Below are positions 7,569 through 7,587 of a DNA stretch of 7,587 nt, piece after piece. Under the pieces are notes generated by a model that was not told the DNA's origin, made no database searches, and was given only the letters and a program-made list of their open reading frames with translations. Positions within the stretch are counted from its first letter, which is position 1, and each line of letters opens with the position of its first letter. Source of the DNA: Fonticula alba ATCC 38817 (lineage: Eukaryota; Protista; Nucleariida); NCBI GenBank assembly GCA_000388065.2, contig KB932208.1; one strand, written 5' to 3'. Both the position numbers and the translations under genes were made by a program.

Positions 7569-7587
7569 AAAGCGGCGGAGAGGGGGG

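Overview
Eukaryotic, very GC-rich, intron-containing genomic DNA, probably from a protist (the organism cannot be identified from this window). No prokaryotic features, CRISPR arrays, rRNA or tRNA were recognised. Two spliced genes lie in tandem on the minus strand. (1) A complete 3-exon Rab7-family GTPase (7562-6443, 243 aa) with an unusual ~33-aa insertion between strands b2 and b3. (2) A divergent Mediator tail subunit MED16/Sin4-like gene with at least 7 exons (~4939 to 63). It runs off the left edge, and its 5' end is obscured by an N gap. Most ORF-track entries are GC-driven antisense or out-of-frame artefacts. The most striking structure is a ~1.84-kb MED16 intron (3472-1634), whereas the other introns are 102-242 nt. 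It carries a 36-bp direct repeat near each end, and removing one repeat plus the intervening sequence leaves a 153-nt intron of normal size. This suggests an inserted non-coding element, but an assembly artefact is possible because one copy abuts an N gap. All homology statements come from my recollection of human protein motifs, not from database searches.
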